DNA from: Candidatus Woesebacteria bacterium UBA5941
Lineage (GTDB): Bacteria > Patescibacteriota > Microgenomatia > UBA8517
Length of the DNA stretch: 64,000 bases
NCBI GenBank assembly: GCA_002430735.1
Contig: DJCV01000008.1
Coordinates: 3,111-67,110, forward strand
Direction: 5' to 3'
Shown here: positions 19,146-29,831 of the stretch, one piece after another
Position numbering within the stretch: position 1 is the first letter of the stretch
Layout of the letters: each line of letters starts with the position of its first letter
Program-made: the position numbers and the translations under genes
Notes under the pieces: model-generated
What the model was told of the DNA's origin: nothing
Databases searched by the model: none
Seen by the model: the letters and a program-made list of their open reading frames with translations, nothing else

Positions 19146-20793
19146 ACAATTCAAATGCAGGGGACGAGTCCAGGAATTGCACAGTTTTGACCTTTTGCCA
19201 ATCGCGTGGAGCATTTCCTGGACTGGTTATTAGCAAACAACGAAGTGGACCACAATCAACTTGTTTTTCGGATTCAGTTATAAAAACATGTCCTTCTTTT
19301 GGAATTTCCCAGTCATTGACAAAAACATACTGTCCAAATGTGTCAACCCACCACCAGTTAGATTGAGTATATCGCATTAGGTTACTATCCGATTGGTAGC
19401 TGCGAGGGTCTAGCCCTGAATAAAACAGAACAAACTCGTGTGGTTCACCATATTTCTTTGTCACAATTATCCGGTCATACATACCCTTATTCTCTTCTGC
19501 ATATTGAACAATCTCTTTATATCCATACTGCCAAGTCCACGAATAATCCTCACGGTATTGTCCAAAATACTGGTTTAGATACTGCCCTAACAAAAAGATA
19601 TTTATAACAATAAAAACTAGAACCATAAATTGCTGTACACGAAGATTTGCGCGTATATAGGTAAAGAAAGAAAATAGTCCTAATGCGACCAGTATTTCAG
19701 GAAGCGGAAGTAATGAAGTTGAACGAAGTACTGCAAACCGCTCTGTGGTAATAGCTGCAGGTATAGGAGCAAGTAAGAACCAAGCGAAAATCAGCTGATA
19801 TGCTTTGTCTCTAGAAATGAGTGCTCGTTTTCCAACAATATATAACCCTAAATAGAGAAACGGTAAAGAGATAACATATAACAAACCCTGGTTAGGTACA
19901 CTAAATTGATATTGGGTTCCTCCGTTTAAGAATAAATAGTGAGGGCTCATGTAATCAATGTAGTGAAGAGATGCTTTCTTTAGGACATACACGGGTCTGT
20001 TATATAACAATTTAGAAGCAAGCGGTGGTAAGGTTGATTGATTTCGCAGTTCCTCAATTTCTGATACTACGCCAGGATTTACAATAAATACCTCCTGAGA
20101 GCGGGCTCGTGCGTCTGGATTCAATAATATAAAGGGCAGTGGAACAAAGAAAATGACAATAATAAAAATATTCAGTTTCCTTCGAAATTCTTTCCAATAC
20201 AACATGACTAAGACAACCAGCAATAGTGGAGAGAAAATTCGCGTCGTGTGATACGAAAACAGTGTAAGCCCAAGACAAAACAAGGAAGCGGGAACAAACC
20301 ACTTGCTGCGTGCTCTATTAATAAACAATGCCATCGCAGTTACTAAGAAGAAAATGGAAACGTTACTTTGCAATACAAACCGTGAAGTGAATAAATACCA
20401 GGGATGGATTGCAACTAAAAACGCCGCAACAGTACTCATTCCTTTTCTCTTTGTGAGCCCAAGCGTAAGGAAGTAAGTTGCGATAATTGTTCCGACACCA
20501 AGCAACGCATGTGGAATTCTTATTCCAATTTCATTGAGTCCAAAAAGTGAGATGAATGGAATAGTAATATAGAGATTCAAAGGAAGCGGATAATCTCCAT
20601 ACGCCCGAAAGTTAGTGACTGGAAACGTTTGGCCCCACTCGTCCGCTCCTGTTCGAAGGATAGAAAAAGCGTTATACCCGTGAGAAACTTCATCCCAGTT
20701 TAACGCAGGAGGATTTGAATCGATTTTATACAAACGAAGAAAGGCTCCACCGAGCACAACCACAAGTAACGAAATCCACCAGAGTTTTTTCAT
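19132..20793 (-). CDS. ArnT/PMT-like GT-C glycosyltransferase (start MKKLWW)
   Basis: NWDEVSHGYNAFSILRTGADEWG, YGDYP; ATGA coupling. Confidence 0.85.
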   Translation of the reverse strand: MKKLWWISLLVVVLGGAFLRLYKIDSNPPALNWDEVSHGYNAFSILRTGADEWGQTFPVTNFRAYGDYPLPLNLYITIPFISLFGLNEIGIRIPHALLGVGTIIATYFLTLGLTKRKGMSTVAAFLVAIHPWYLFTSRFVLQSNVSIFFLVTAMALFINRARSKWFVPASLFCLGLTLFSYHTTRIFSPLLLVVLVMLYWKEFRRKLNIFIIVIFFVPLPFILLNPDARARSQEVFIVNPGVVSEIEELRNQSTLPPLASKLLYNRPVYVLKKASLHYIDYMSPHYLFLNGGTQYQFSVPNQGLLYVISLPFLYLGLYIVGKRALISRDKAYQLIFAWFLLAPIPAAITTERFAVLRSTSLLPLPEILVALGLFSFFTYIRANLRVQQFMVLVFIVINIFLLGQYLNQYFGQYREDYSWTWQYGYKEIVQYAEENKGMYDRIIVTKKYGEPHEFVLFYSGLDPRSYQSDSNLMRYTQSNWWWVDTFGQYVFVNDWEIPKEGHVFITESEKQVDCGPLRCLLITSPGNAPRDWQKVKTVQFLDSSPAFELYEHK

Positions 20794-22436
20794 AAATGTT
20801 TCTTTTTTTTGTTCACAAAGAGAAATGCCAAAAATGTGCACATGCTCGCCAAAGATACTATTTCACCGGCAACTCGAACAGGAGTACGAGTAAATACGAG
20901 CCGCACCGTATGAGATCCCTCACTAATGGTACTTGAGATCATACCATTCACATCAGGGGTAATTGAAATCTCCTCGTCCTGGCCCAGGTATGCTCTCCAG
21001 CCAGGAAAGTATGCAACAGGAAAAGAAACAACTCCTGAAGTTGTATTTGTAACTTCGTACTGTTGCATCTGGGAGCCTTTCTCGATCAATCGAGTATTAG
21101 CAGGAACTGTCATGTATTCAGTCGGTATTGGTCCATACTTCGGCCAGTAGTCACCAATTGATGCTCGTGATTGATCAACCCACCGTTCGCCCGACTGAAG
21201 TTCACGATCCGATGCTGATATCCAGTAGTCCTCTTTAAAAAACGGTGCGTTTAACCCTATTACAAGGGTAAGAATTGAAGCGGCAAATACAAATTTACTT
21301 CGTAGGGTATTAAAGGTACTTACTAAAAAACCGCCCGCGAACGAGAATGAAAATAATGCAATTCCTAAAAATCGCCAGGGGAATTGAATATATTGAGAAA
21401 CACTTGCAGTCATTTCCCAAAGCGGAGTTGATTTATTATGCATCAGAAGCAAGTATAAAAATCCGCTGCCCACCAGGAATAAAACGCTTAAAAGGTTCGT
21501 AGATACTCTCCGTTTTTTCCATAGCAAAACCATTGCATACACACCAGTAATAAGCGACATACTCCATTGAACAGGTCCAATAGCGAGACTTAGCCCATCT
21601 TCAGATCCCCACGTTGACCCACCATACCCCCAAAATCGCGAGAGAAAAATTTGCTCGAGGGTTACAAAGTGGGCTCTAAAATTAAAATAACCTTCAGTGG
21701 TTGTTTGCAAGTTCACAAATGAAGATTCTGTAATGACTGGTAACAAATAAAAACTGGCAAGCCCAACAGATAAGACTGATGCAATACAGATAGGAAGTAG
21801 TAGCCTTAATTTATGATGAATGAAAAGCCGCAGCAGAATCCACAAGGATATCGTCATCGAAAATAAAAGGACAGAGAGGTTATGGGTAAGCAAGAGTGCT
21901 GAAAGGGAGATAGAAAATCCCACGAGCCATTGTTTTTGTTCTTTTTGAATATACTTCTCAAAACAAAATAGAATGAGCGGGAGGATTATAAATGCAAACG
22001 ATTCAGGCAAGGCGCCTCGAACCCACACATTAACAGCTCGATACGGAGCATACAGGTACAGAATGGATGAGAGAACCCCTGCCCAATCGCTCTTCCAAAC
22101 AGTACGTGACAGCAGGTACATCGCAAACGCTGAACCAATAAGTGAAAACCCGAATACAAATTTTAGGGAGCTCACAACAGAGATACCAAGATTTGCAAGT
22201 ATCCCACCTAATAAAAATGGGATGTGCGAATAGAAGTTGAAGACTGGCTCACCATACCCTAATCCTGCGTTTGCAGCCCATCTACAAGGAAACTGCCCAT
22301 CTGAAATACACCTTGCATATTCAACCATACGAAAATACGGGAAATCTTGCATTGAGTAAATGCCTGAAGGAAGCATGCGAACTACAGCGGGTAAACTTAT
22401 GATCAGAATGAGTAAGAGAATGTATTTTTGCTTCAT
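20790..22436 (-). CDS. Membrane protein, YfhO/'PTPS-related' family, probable GT-C
   Basis: CRW...GYGEPVFNFY, APYR...RGA..E, THN, QFPWRFL, YFPGW. Confidence 0.78.
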   Translation of the reverse strand: MKQKYILLLILIISLPAVVRMLPSGIYSMQDFPYFRMVEYARCISDGQFPCRWAANAGLGYGEPVFNFYSHIPFLLGGILANLGISVVSSLKFVFGFSLIGSAFAMYLLSRTVWKSDWAGVLSSILYLYAPYRAVNVWVRGALPESFAFIILPLILFCFEKYIQKEQKQWLVGFSISLSALLLTHNLSVLLFSMTISLWILLRLFIHHKLRLLLPICIASVLSVGLASFYLLPVITESSFVNLQTTTEGYFNFRAHFVTLEQIFLSRFWGYGGSTWGSEDGLSLAIGPVQWSMSLITGVYAMVLLWKKRRVSTNLLSVLFLVGSGFLYLLLMHNKSTPLWEMTASVSQYIQFPWRFLGIALFSFSFAGGFLVSTFNTLRSKFVFAASILTLVIGLNAPFFKEDYWISASDRELQSGERWVDQSRASIGDYWPKYGPIPTEYMTVPANTRLIEKGSQMQQYEVTNTTSGVVSFPVAYFPGWRAYLGQDEEISITPDVNGMISSTISEGSHTVRLVFTRTPVRVAGEIVSLASMCTFLAFLFVNKKKKHL

Positions 22437-22437
22437 A

Positions 22438-24084
22438 TCAGTGAATTGAGCTTACGCCGATATATGCTTTATCTCCAGCGGTAGAAAATACTACAAAGTC
22501 TGCTTTGGTTGATGGAGGGAATTCATTTGGCAAGCCTACAACGAGAGTACTTGCACGATCCAAATCTGCAACCCAGTCAATCGTTTTAAAGGTAAATTTA
22601 TTGAGTTTATATACCGGCAATTGATCTACCCACGTAAAGTCTGTCCCTTCAAATGACCACTGCGCACTCGCCTTTTGGTACTCTGTTGGATCGATTTTGT
22701 TGTAGAACGCTGCAAAGATGTGTGGCTCAGAGATTTTTTTCGAGATAATAACTGGCCTTCCGTTTGCGTACTGATTGATTTTTGAATACAACTCCTCTTG
22801 CCCATAGATCATGGCACGGGCTTCTTTAATTGGCTGTACATACCAATAATGGATAAAGAACGAAAATGAAGCGAAAAATTGGAGAACTAGAAACCCGCCG
22901 ATGACCTGCTTCTTTGTAAAATACTTATAGAAATAATGCAAAAAATAGGCTGCTCCGAAGGCCGCGCAAATCTGAATCGCAGGTAATATAACGGCAGCTC
23001 TATTCGCAGCAGCGCCTGTTCCAATTGAAAGCGCTGCTGGAATTGGTGCGACAAACAACCAGAAAAATAGCCAAGTTGGCCTGCGATGGGAGCGAATATA
23101 CCACACAATAAAAGCAATAATAAAAATTGCATCGAAGACATAAATCACACCTAACCCATTCATCATTCCATATGTCCCCTCAATTGGTCCTTGAGTGAAT
23201 AAAAACTGCGGCGAGAAATAGCTCAGATAATTGCTAAAAAATCGCTCAATAACAAAAAGATATTTGTTGTAGAAAAAATAACCTAAGGCAGTAGGCATCC
23301 CATACTGTATGTACAAATATCTTTCATCCCCTGCCTGACTACCAAGCGCAAAAATCGAAGAATTCGTAAGTCTAACGCCGGCTCCCACCTTAAACGAATA
23401 AATTGAAACAATAAACACAATAACTGAGACAATTGCTGCTAAAACAAGAGGGGTTTTCTTCATATGAGGTTTCAGTTGCGCCCTATACTCCCACAATAAA
23501 AATAAGCCAACGAGTGGTGTAATTAACCGAGCGGAATGGTATGTAAATAGGTTTATTCCAAACACTACTGCTGAAAAAACAAGGAACCACGGCCGCTTTA
23601 TGCCTTTCAAAAAGAGTAAAATACCCAGGGGCAAAAAAAGCACTGTGAGATTCGCTTCAAATGCTCCCCTACTTAATGGAAGATGCCACGGTGAAAGCGC
23701 TAAGAATAAACTTCCCAAAAGCGCAACATTTTTTCTGTTTTTAGAAATTTCAAACGGAATTTCACGAATTAAGAAATACACGACCAAGACTGCAAATGCT
23801 CCAATGATTGCACTGGGTAATCGTGTTGCAAAAGGTGTTAACCCAAATAGTGCAACCGAAGGCATTGCAAGATAGGTATAAAGCGGCATTTTGTAATCTC
23901 CAAACGACTTAAAAACCATCGGGTACACAGTTCCCCACTGGTCTTTTCCGGTTTGTAGTAGAGAGTACGCATCGTAGCCAAAAGAAGCTTCATCTGGTGT
24001 AAAACCAGCAGGATGATGAGGTAAATCTATCACTCGAAGGCATAACGCAATCAGAAAAACACCTACGAGCAAATACTTGTGCAT
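22438..24084 (-). CDS. ArnT/PMT-like GT-C glycosyltransferase
   Basis: TPDEASFGYDAYSLLQTGKDQWG, FGDYK, SPWH..SRG.FE. Confidence 0.85.
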   Translation of the reverse strand: MHKYLLVGVFLIALCLRVIDLPHHPAGFTPDEASFGYDAYSLLQTGKDQWGTVYPMVFKSFGDYKMPLYTYLAMPSVALFGLTPFATRLPSAIIGAFAVLVVYFLIREIPFEISKNRKNVALLGSLFLALSPWHLPLSRGAFEANLTVLFLPLGILLFLKGIKRPWFLVFSAVVFGINLFTYHSARLITPLVGLFLLWEYRAQLKPHMKKTPLVLAAIVSVIVFIVSIYSFKVGAGVRLTNSSIFALGSQAGDERYLYIQYGMPTALGYFFYNKYLFVIERFFSNYLSYFSPQFLFTQGPIEGTYGMMNGLGVIYVFDAIFIIAFIVWYIRSHRRPTWLFFWLFVAPIPAALSIGTGAAANRAAVILPAIQICAAFGAAYFLHYFYKYFTKKQVIGGFLVLQFFASFSFFIHYWYVQPIKEARAMIYGQEELYSKINQYANGRPVIISKKISEPHIFAAFYNKIDPTEYQKASAQWSFEGTDFTWVDQLPVYKLNKFTFKTIDWVADLDRASTLVVGLPNEFPPSTKADFVVFSTAGDKAYIGVSSIH

Positions 24085-24093
24085 GTTAAATTA

Positions 24094-25344
24094 TTATACC
24101 GAATTTACGTACTTTTTGAGAATATATACAAATATGCCTACGTTTAGAATCGAGAGCCAAATCATTAACGATGGATTCAAAAACGCGTTTTCAAGAAGTG
24201 CATTACCAGGCGCCCAAAACAGATGATACAAATTCATAAGGTGTGCAATTGAAAGAACTAAATATGGTATCCACAACCACTTAAATTTCGATAACGCAAT
24301 AGTTGCAAGGGGGAAGAATGGATATAAGTATCGCTCGTGAATGCGTGTCATCAACATAAAGGATGTGAGGGCAATAATCGCAAGCGGGAGAAACAGACGA
24401 GGACTTTTTTGACGGTAAAATGTCTTTATTAAAATAAGGAGATATATGAGAAGTGTCCACAGTATCCCCCAAACACGTGCCGGCAGGCCAATAAAAACAT
24501 GTGAGTCTAGTGTTTTCCCGGGATCAACTAGCCACCACACGTTAAACGCATTTGCTGTTAGACTTCCTATTTCACCAGGGAGGAACCGTTCTGTATAGAG
24601 ATTGAAAAACCAAACTAACACATCACCTTGCGGATGAAACAGAATAGTAACAAACAAAAAGGTCAGTAAACCCACCCCTGCAGCATGCATCCATTGTTTC
24701 AGTGGATACTTCTGAACATATATGTATACCGTGAGGAACGGAAGAAATATAAGCAGTGATCCTTTAAAGAGAATACTAAGCGTAATAAAAAAGCTAAAGG
24801 ACAGGAGTCTTCGGTTAGCAAGTGATACCAATGCAAACAAACCAAGCATATTCACAATTCCATCTGTGCCACCCCATATTGCGCTGTTATACCAAGTCAT
24901 CGGATTGAACATCCAGACTGCAGAAAGGAGCAGTCCTTTTTTTCCACCAACAAAGCGATAAACCACATATGCAATACCAAGATCCGCAATGATTCCTGGA
25001 ATCTTTGCTATATACAGCTCTCCCCACTGTTCAAACCACCAAACGATTGGTGATGGGAAAACAGGTAAGGCTTGGTTAAGTGAATGAATAACTGAGTACG
25101 CTGTATTTTGAATTACTGAAGTTGCTCCAAATACCCAAATGTAAAGTGGTGGTTGGTTAGGTGCTGAAAATGGCCATTCTTCATGTTCGTAGAAATTCGC
25201 CGGTCCACGTGTTAACAGTTCTTGTCCCCACGAGATGTTGTTATTTAGATCTCCGTGTCGAGCAACTGGAATGAGGAAAACCCTAAGCAGCAACCCTGCA
25301 ATTAAAACCAGTAAAAGTGTTTTTTTATGGCTGAACTTGAGCAT
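24094..25344 (-). CDS. GT-C glycosyltransferase, ALG6/ALG8 or GT87-like (start MLKFSH)
   Basis: HGDL, NQPPLY, KIP..IAD, FNP...NS.IWGG.D, NAFNVW, IHERY. Confidence 0.72.
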   Translation of the reverse strand: MLKFSHKKTLLLVLIAGLLLRVFLIPVARHGDLNNNISWGQELLTRGPANFYEHEEWPFSAPNQPPLYIWVFGATSVIQNTAYSVIHSLNQALPVFPSPIVWWFEQWGELYIAKIPGIIADLGIAYVVYRFVGGKKGLLLSAVWMFNPMTWYNSAIWGGTDGIVNMLGLFALVSLANRRLLSFSFFITLSILFKGSLLIFLPFLTVYIYVQKYPLKQWMHAAGVGLLTFLFVTILFHPQGDVLVWFFNLYTERFLPGEIGSLTANAFNVWWLVDPGKTLDSHVFIGLPARVWGILWTLLIYLLILIKTFYRQKSPRLFLPLAIIALTSFMLMTRIHERYLYPFFPLATIALSKFKWLWIPYLVLSIAHLMNLYHLFWAPGNALLENAFLNPSLMIWLSILNVGIFVYILKKYVNSV

Positions 25345-27064
25345 GGGTGAAGAGATAAAACGCTGGCTCACCAGATGGATATGCAATAGACTTGATAAGC
25401 CTCAGATCTCCAGGAGTCCTGTGTGGTTCAGTAATTAAATTCACATTAACCTCCTTTGCGCTCGCTATATATAACGTCTTTGTATCTAAGATCTTCCCCC
25501 AGTCGTATAATCCCATTTTGTCAGCAGGTTTTCCGAAGTAATATTTATCGATATAACTCACCTTCCCAAAACCAGGAAGATCGGTTTCTGAGAAAGGATA
25601 TCCTTTGTGCCATGTAGCAGGATCAAATTCAGACCACGCTGCGAAAAATATCCACGGCGGTTCATCTGCTGAAGTTATGACAACACGATCAAACTGATTT
25701 TCAATTTTTTTCATTTCAGAAATTGCAGGTCCCCAGCCGTAATGCCACCATCGCTCACTTTGATACGGATTGTGTATCCAAAATGTGTGTTGGTAAAACG
25801 CAAACGAGAACACGTATCCTATTGCCACGACACCAATGAGCACTGATCTTAAGAGGATGTTTTTTTGTTCAATTAAAGTAACGATCCCAACCGCAATTAA
25901 AAAAATTAATGGAGCCATTAGGAGAATTAATCGTGTCGCATGATCCCCTCCGTCTCTTGTTAATGAAGACGGAAAAACAGAAAGCAGGATCCATCCTGCA
26001 ATTAACCATTTCCTTTTGGTTACTCCTGGGATAAGAAAAAAACTTAATCCAAAAACAAGAAATGCAAATTCTAAGCGGTAGAATTGACCCATTTTGTCAA
26101 TGGAATGTCTCGGATTCGGATCGCCATTAAGAAAGAGAAAGCTTGTCGAAAATGGCATAAGAGCATTCCGCATCACAATGTCTCCCACGTATGTAAATTT
26201 GTTATGGAAGAGGCGATCAACAATCGTAGGTGATAACCCAGTTCCTGTTTCTCCACGAGAGAAGGCATCTTCTCCTCTCAATGTGCCAACTTCTGGTTCA
26301 ATCGTTGGATCTGAAAAGACGCTGATATAGTTAAACCGCTGCGTTCCGCCTCCGAAAACAGTACTCCACGCGATGGGAGCACCTACTACAAAAAGTGCGA
26401 TGCATCCGTACACAAGCGTCTTTCTCGGCAATCGTAAAAAGTCTTTCAAATAAATAGCGACGAGCAAAACCAAAAACATTGGGGTAAACAATTTAGCAGT
26501 GCTATAAATCCATGGCATAAGCGCAAATGAAATGCCAGAAACCCACAAGAGGTTCTCTTTTGTCCTAAAGGTACGAAGCAGCATGTAAATACCAACAAAC
26601 AAACAAAAAAGCATTTCAGTTACCTCAAACGCTGCGCGGCTGTATTGAATGTGCCAAGGGGAAATTGCAAGCAAAAATGCTCCTAGTAACGATATGAGTG
26701 TTTGCCGCTTCTTTAATTTTTCTCCAACTGTTAATTCCTTGAGTAAAAAGTAAAATGCTGGAATAGCTAAAATTCCGAATAAGGCTGCAGGTAATCTCAC
26801 CCCTAAAGGAGAAATACCAAACAGCATAACCGTTGGAGCTGCACTGTATAAATAAAGTGGGGTTCTCCACTCAGCAAGACTCTGAAAATGTGAAGGCCAC
26901 TGATTCCCTGAGTAATCTTTTCCTGTCTTTAGTATCGAGTAGGCGTGGTATCCAACATCAAGCTCATCACCAAATAAAGATACTGGAACTTCAGATAATC
27001 GATAGAGACGAAGAAAGCTTCCGAGAAGCGTGATAATAACTAAGACAAGAATGGAACGCCTCAT
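25325..27064 (-). CDS. ArnT/PMT-like GT-C glycosyltransferase (start MRRSIL)
   Basis: FGDELDVGYHAYSILKTGKDYSG, SPWHIQYSR.AFE; ATGA coupling. Confidence 0.85.
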   Translation of the reverse strand: MRRSILVLVIITLLGSFLRLYRLSEVPVSLFGDELDVGYHAYSILKTGKDYSGNQWPSHFQSLAEWRTPLYLYSAAPTVMLFGISPLGVRLPAALFGILAIPAFYFLLKELTVGEKLKKRQTLISLLGAFLLAISPWHIQYSRAAFEVTEMLFCLFVGIYMLLRTFRTKENLLWVSGISFALMPWIYSTAKLFTPMFLVLLVAIYLKDFLRLPRKTLVYGCIALFVVGAPIAWSTVFGGGTQRFNYISVFSDPTIEPEVGTLRGEDAFSRGETGTGLSPTIVDRLFHNKFTYVGDIVMRNALMPFSTSFLFLNGDPNPRHSIDKMGQFYRLEFAFLVFGLSFFLIPGVTKRKWLIAGWILLSVFPSSLTRDGGDHATRLILLMAPLIFLIAVGIVTLIEQKNILLRSVLIGVVAIGYVFSFAFYQHTFWIHNPYQSERWWHYGWGPAISEMKKIENQFDRVVITSADEPPWIFFAAWSEFDPATWHKGYPFSETDLPGFGKVSYIDKYYFGKPADKMGLYDWGKILDTKTLYIASAKEVNVNLITEPHRTPGDLRLIKSIAYPSGEPAFYLFTHAQVQP

Positions 27065-27852
27065 TGAAAAGACCTTTGAATTTTTTGCCCGCTCCATAGG
27101 ATGAATGTGTATAGATAGTATCGCACACTTCCAAAGTATTTTTTGCTTGAGTCGATTAAGAGCCTGTTTACACCACCTTTGCCGCTTGCACCATGAATAT
27201 GAACGATGGTAATTGAGGGAACATAATAGACATGTAAGCCTGCCTTGTTTACGCGTTTACAATATTCTAAATCTTCAAAGTACATAAAGAACGTTTCGTT
27301 TAATAAACCAACCTTTTTGCGTGTCTCAGGAGTAATAAGAATTGCGGCTGCAACTACCGACTCTACTACAACTTCAGTTTCAGTTTCGGGATAATACTTA
27401 TCGAGAATACCCGCTTGTCCCAGCCAATATTGTTTAACCGCTCGTGTGATTGTTGGAAGACGGAAGCATGAGGCTTGGATCGTTTTATCTACATTTAGCA
27501 ATCGAGGAGCAACAAGTCCTGCATCAGGGTGGGATTGAGCAAACGAAACCAACTGAGACAATGCAGTATTAAGTATCTTTGTGTCAGAATTCAACAATAA
27601 AATATACGAACCCCTAGACTTCTGAATTCCTTTGTTGTTTGCTTTTGCAAAACCGAGGTTTTTTTTGTTAATTAATACTTTGGTGTTTTTATATTTTTTA
27701 CGCTGTATTGCATCTACCGTTCCATCAGTAGATCCGTTGTCTACGACAATCACTTCATATGAAAACGATGGTTTGTTTCTTTCAATTGAATCAAGGCACT
27801 GCACGGTCAGCCGCTTTGTGTTGTAACTCACAATAATAATGGAGAGCGTCAT
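27061..27852 (-). CDS. GT2, WbbL/rhamnosyltransferase-like
   Basis: IIIVSYN, NLGFAKANN, LLNSD, FMYFEDLE. Confidence 0.9.
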   Translation of the reverse strand: MTLSIIIVSYNTKRLTVQCLDSIERNKPSFSYEVIVVDNGSTDGTVDAIQRKKYKNTKVLINKKNLGFAKANNKGIQKSRGSYILLLNSDTKILNTALSQLVSFAQSHPDAGLVAPRLLNVDKTIQASCFRLPTITRAVKQYWLGQAGILDKYYPETETEVVVESVVAAAILITPETRKKVGLLNETFFMYFEDLEYCKRVNKAGLHVYYVPSITIVHIHGASGKGGVNRLLIDSSKKYFGSVRYYLYTFILWSGQKIQRSFQ

Positions 27853-28748
27853 TTGTTAAACATTGCAAAAACAGCCTCGTCAGAAACTGTCGTTTCTTTC
27901 ATTTCCTTCATCCTTTTTCGTTTTACAATTTCACGCTTCTTTAACGCTAAGAGTACAATTCGGATATATCCTGGATGACGAAGTAATCGTTTTAAAACAC
28001 CTTGTATGTGTCGAGTCCACATTTTGGTACTGGTTATATTCTTCCACAAAAACAAGAGCTCATTTCGTTCTTTCATCTGATTCATATAAGTCTTTTGAAA
28101 CGCATTTGTGTTAATAGTTCCTTCATGCTCATGAGATACGAGTGCTTTTGGCTCCCATACAATGTGTAATCCTCTCTTCCAAGCACGATATCCGAGATCT
28201 ACATCTTCCCAATAAAATGGTTTCAAAAGCTCAGCGTCAAGTCCTCCAAGGTCCCACCAGAGTTTTCGACTAAACACTGCGCTTCCACCACTTGCCCATA
28301 AGGATGGCTTCGCTGTTTGTGATTCAGGGGATCCGCTATGAGCTAAGTACCCATTCTTGAACCTGCCTGTTGCAGGACCGTTTCCTTTTTCGTGCAATAC
28401 TACTGCAAATTGTTTCGGGGACTCAAAGTATTTTGTAACAGTTTCTAGGAAACGTTCAGTTGGCACAACATCAGTATTCAGTAAACAAATAAGTGTTCCT
28501 TTGGCGTGTCGAGCTCCTGTATTTACTGCTTCAGCAAATCCACGGTTGGTCTTATGGTGAATAATTCGAACTGACTTTTTGAAATGCTTGCGCAAATATT
28601 CATATGAACCATCAGTAGAGGCATCATCTACGACAATGATCTCAAGGATATTATTGCGTTTATGTTTCTTGGCAGCTATTACTGAGGGGAGATTTTTTTC
28701 GAGCAACCGAACACCATTCCAATTGGGAATAATTATTGAGGTATTCAT
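27849..28748 (-). CDS. GT2, WbbL-like
   Basis: IIIPNWNG, NRGFAEAVN, LLNTD, FYWEDVDL. Confidence 0.9.
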   Translation of the reverse strand: MNTSIIIPNWNGVRLLEKNLPSVIAAKKHKRNNILEIIVVDDASTDGSYEYLRKHFKKSVRIIHHKTNRGFAEAVNTGARHAKGTLICLLNTDVVPTERFLETVTKYFESPKQFAVVLHEKGNGPATGRFKNGYLAHSGSPESQTAKPSLWASGGSAVFSRKLWWDLGGLDAELLKPFYWEDVDLGYRAWKRGLHIVWEPKALVSHEHEGTINTNAFQKTYMNQMKERNELLFLWKNITSTKMWTRHIQGVLKRLLRHPGYIRIVLLALKKREIVKRKRMKEMKETTVSDEAVFAMFNK

Positions 28749-28797
28749 AGATATCGATATTGTACTGGAAATCGAAACAGGATCACTAAAGAGACAT

Positions 28798-29823
28798 TCA
28801 TATCAGCTTTAAAAAGTTCTTTTTAAATTGTTCATAGGAAAACTCTTTCGAGCGAACCACTGCATTCTTTGAAATCTCGCGAAGTCGCATTCGATCTAAC
28901 GTCAGCTTTTTTGTAATATTTATCATGTCTTGGGGGCTACTCCACAAAAACCCATTAACCCCATCTTCAATTATTTCTGGATGACCACCGCCGTTAAATA
29001 CCACTGGGACACACCCCGCAGCCATCGCTTCAACAACGGTCATTCCGAAATGTTCGAGTTTCTGAGGATCAGTTTTTGGGTCAACCCCATACCCTGCAGC
29101 AGACCAAAAAAAGGTGGCCTTAGAGTACATCCCTTGAATCGCGCTGAAACTTGGGTTTTCTAGTACCTCTATTGGTTCTTTTTTCGCATGCGCGCGGAGC
29201 ACATCAACTTCTTCTGTGCGACCAACGTCACTTCCACCTGCTAATAACAAACGCCAATTCCCGTACTGGTATTTATTAAACTTTAAAAAGGCGGTCAAAA
29301 GAACATCCTGTCTTTTGGATTGCTCGAGCTGGCTGAATCGACCAACGTAAAGGATGGCATTTTCCTTCTCTGAAGTTTTAAATTTAGCTACGTCTACAGG
29401 GGGATACAAAATAACGCTTTGCTTTGGAAACTCTACATCAATATATCGCTTTGTAAACGCTGAATTGACGATAACAGTGGAGATTCGAAAGAATTTCATT
29501 CGTGAGACGAGCGACCTCCCGTCAACATCTTGAAACGGTCTTTGAAAATGGAGAATATTCTTCTTGCTTCGAAGGGTCGGAATGCTTCCATCTGAAAGCC
29601 ACACACAAATATCGTATCCTTCTCCTCGATTAATGGAAGGAACGACATTTAAACCAGTCAAGGGAAATCCAAATCGTTTGGCTGCACGATCGATAAGTTT
29701 CGGATCATTTGCTTCGATGTCTACTTTCCATCCTGATTCAAGGAGTGCTCGTGCGATAGAGAGCATATAGCGTTCACCGCCTCCTAAGGTATCTAGATAT
29801 GGTGTATAAAGTGCTGCTTTCAT
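28798..29823 (-). CDS. GT4 glycosyltransferase (start MKAALY)
   Basis: GGGERY, YPPVD, KRQD, EHFGMTVVEAM. Confidence 0.9.
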   Translation of the reverse strand: MKAALYTPYLDTLGGGERYMLSIARALLESGWKVDIEANDPKLIDRAAKRFGFPLTGLNVVPSINRGEGYDICVWLSDGSIPTLRSKKNILHFQRPFQDVDGRSLVSRMKFFRISTVIVNSAFTKRYIDVEFPKQSVILYPPVDVAKFKTSEKENAILYVGRFSQLEQSKRQDVLLTAFLKFNKYQYGNWRLLLAGGSDVGRTEEVDVLRAHAKKEPIEVLENPSFSAIQGMYSKATFFWSAAGYGVDPKTDPQKLEHFGMTVVEAMAAGCVPVVFNGGGHPEIIEDGVNGFLWSSPQDMINITKKLTLDRMRLREISKNAVVRSKEFSYEQFKKNFLKLI

Positions 29824-29831
29824 AATGGCTC

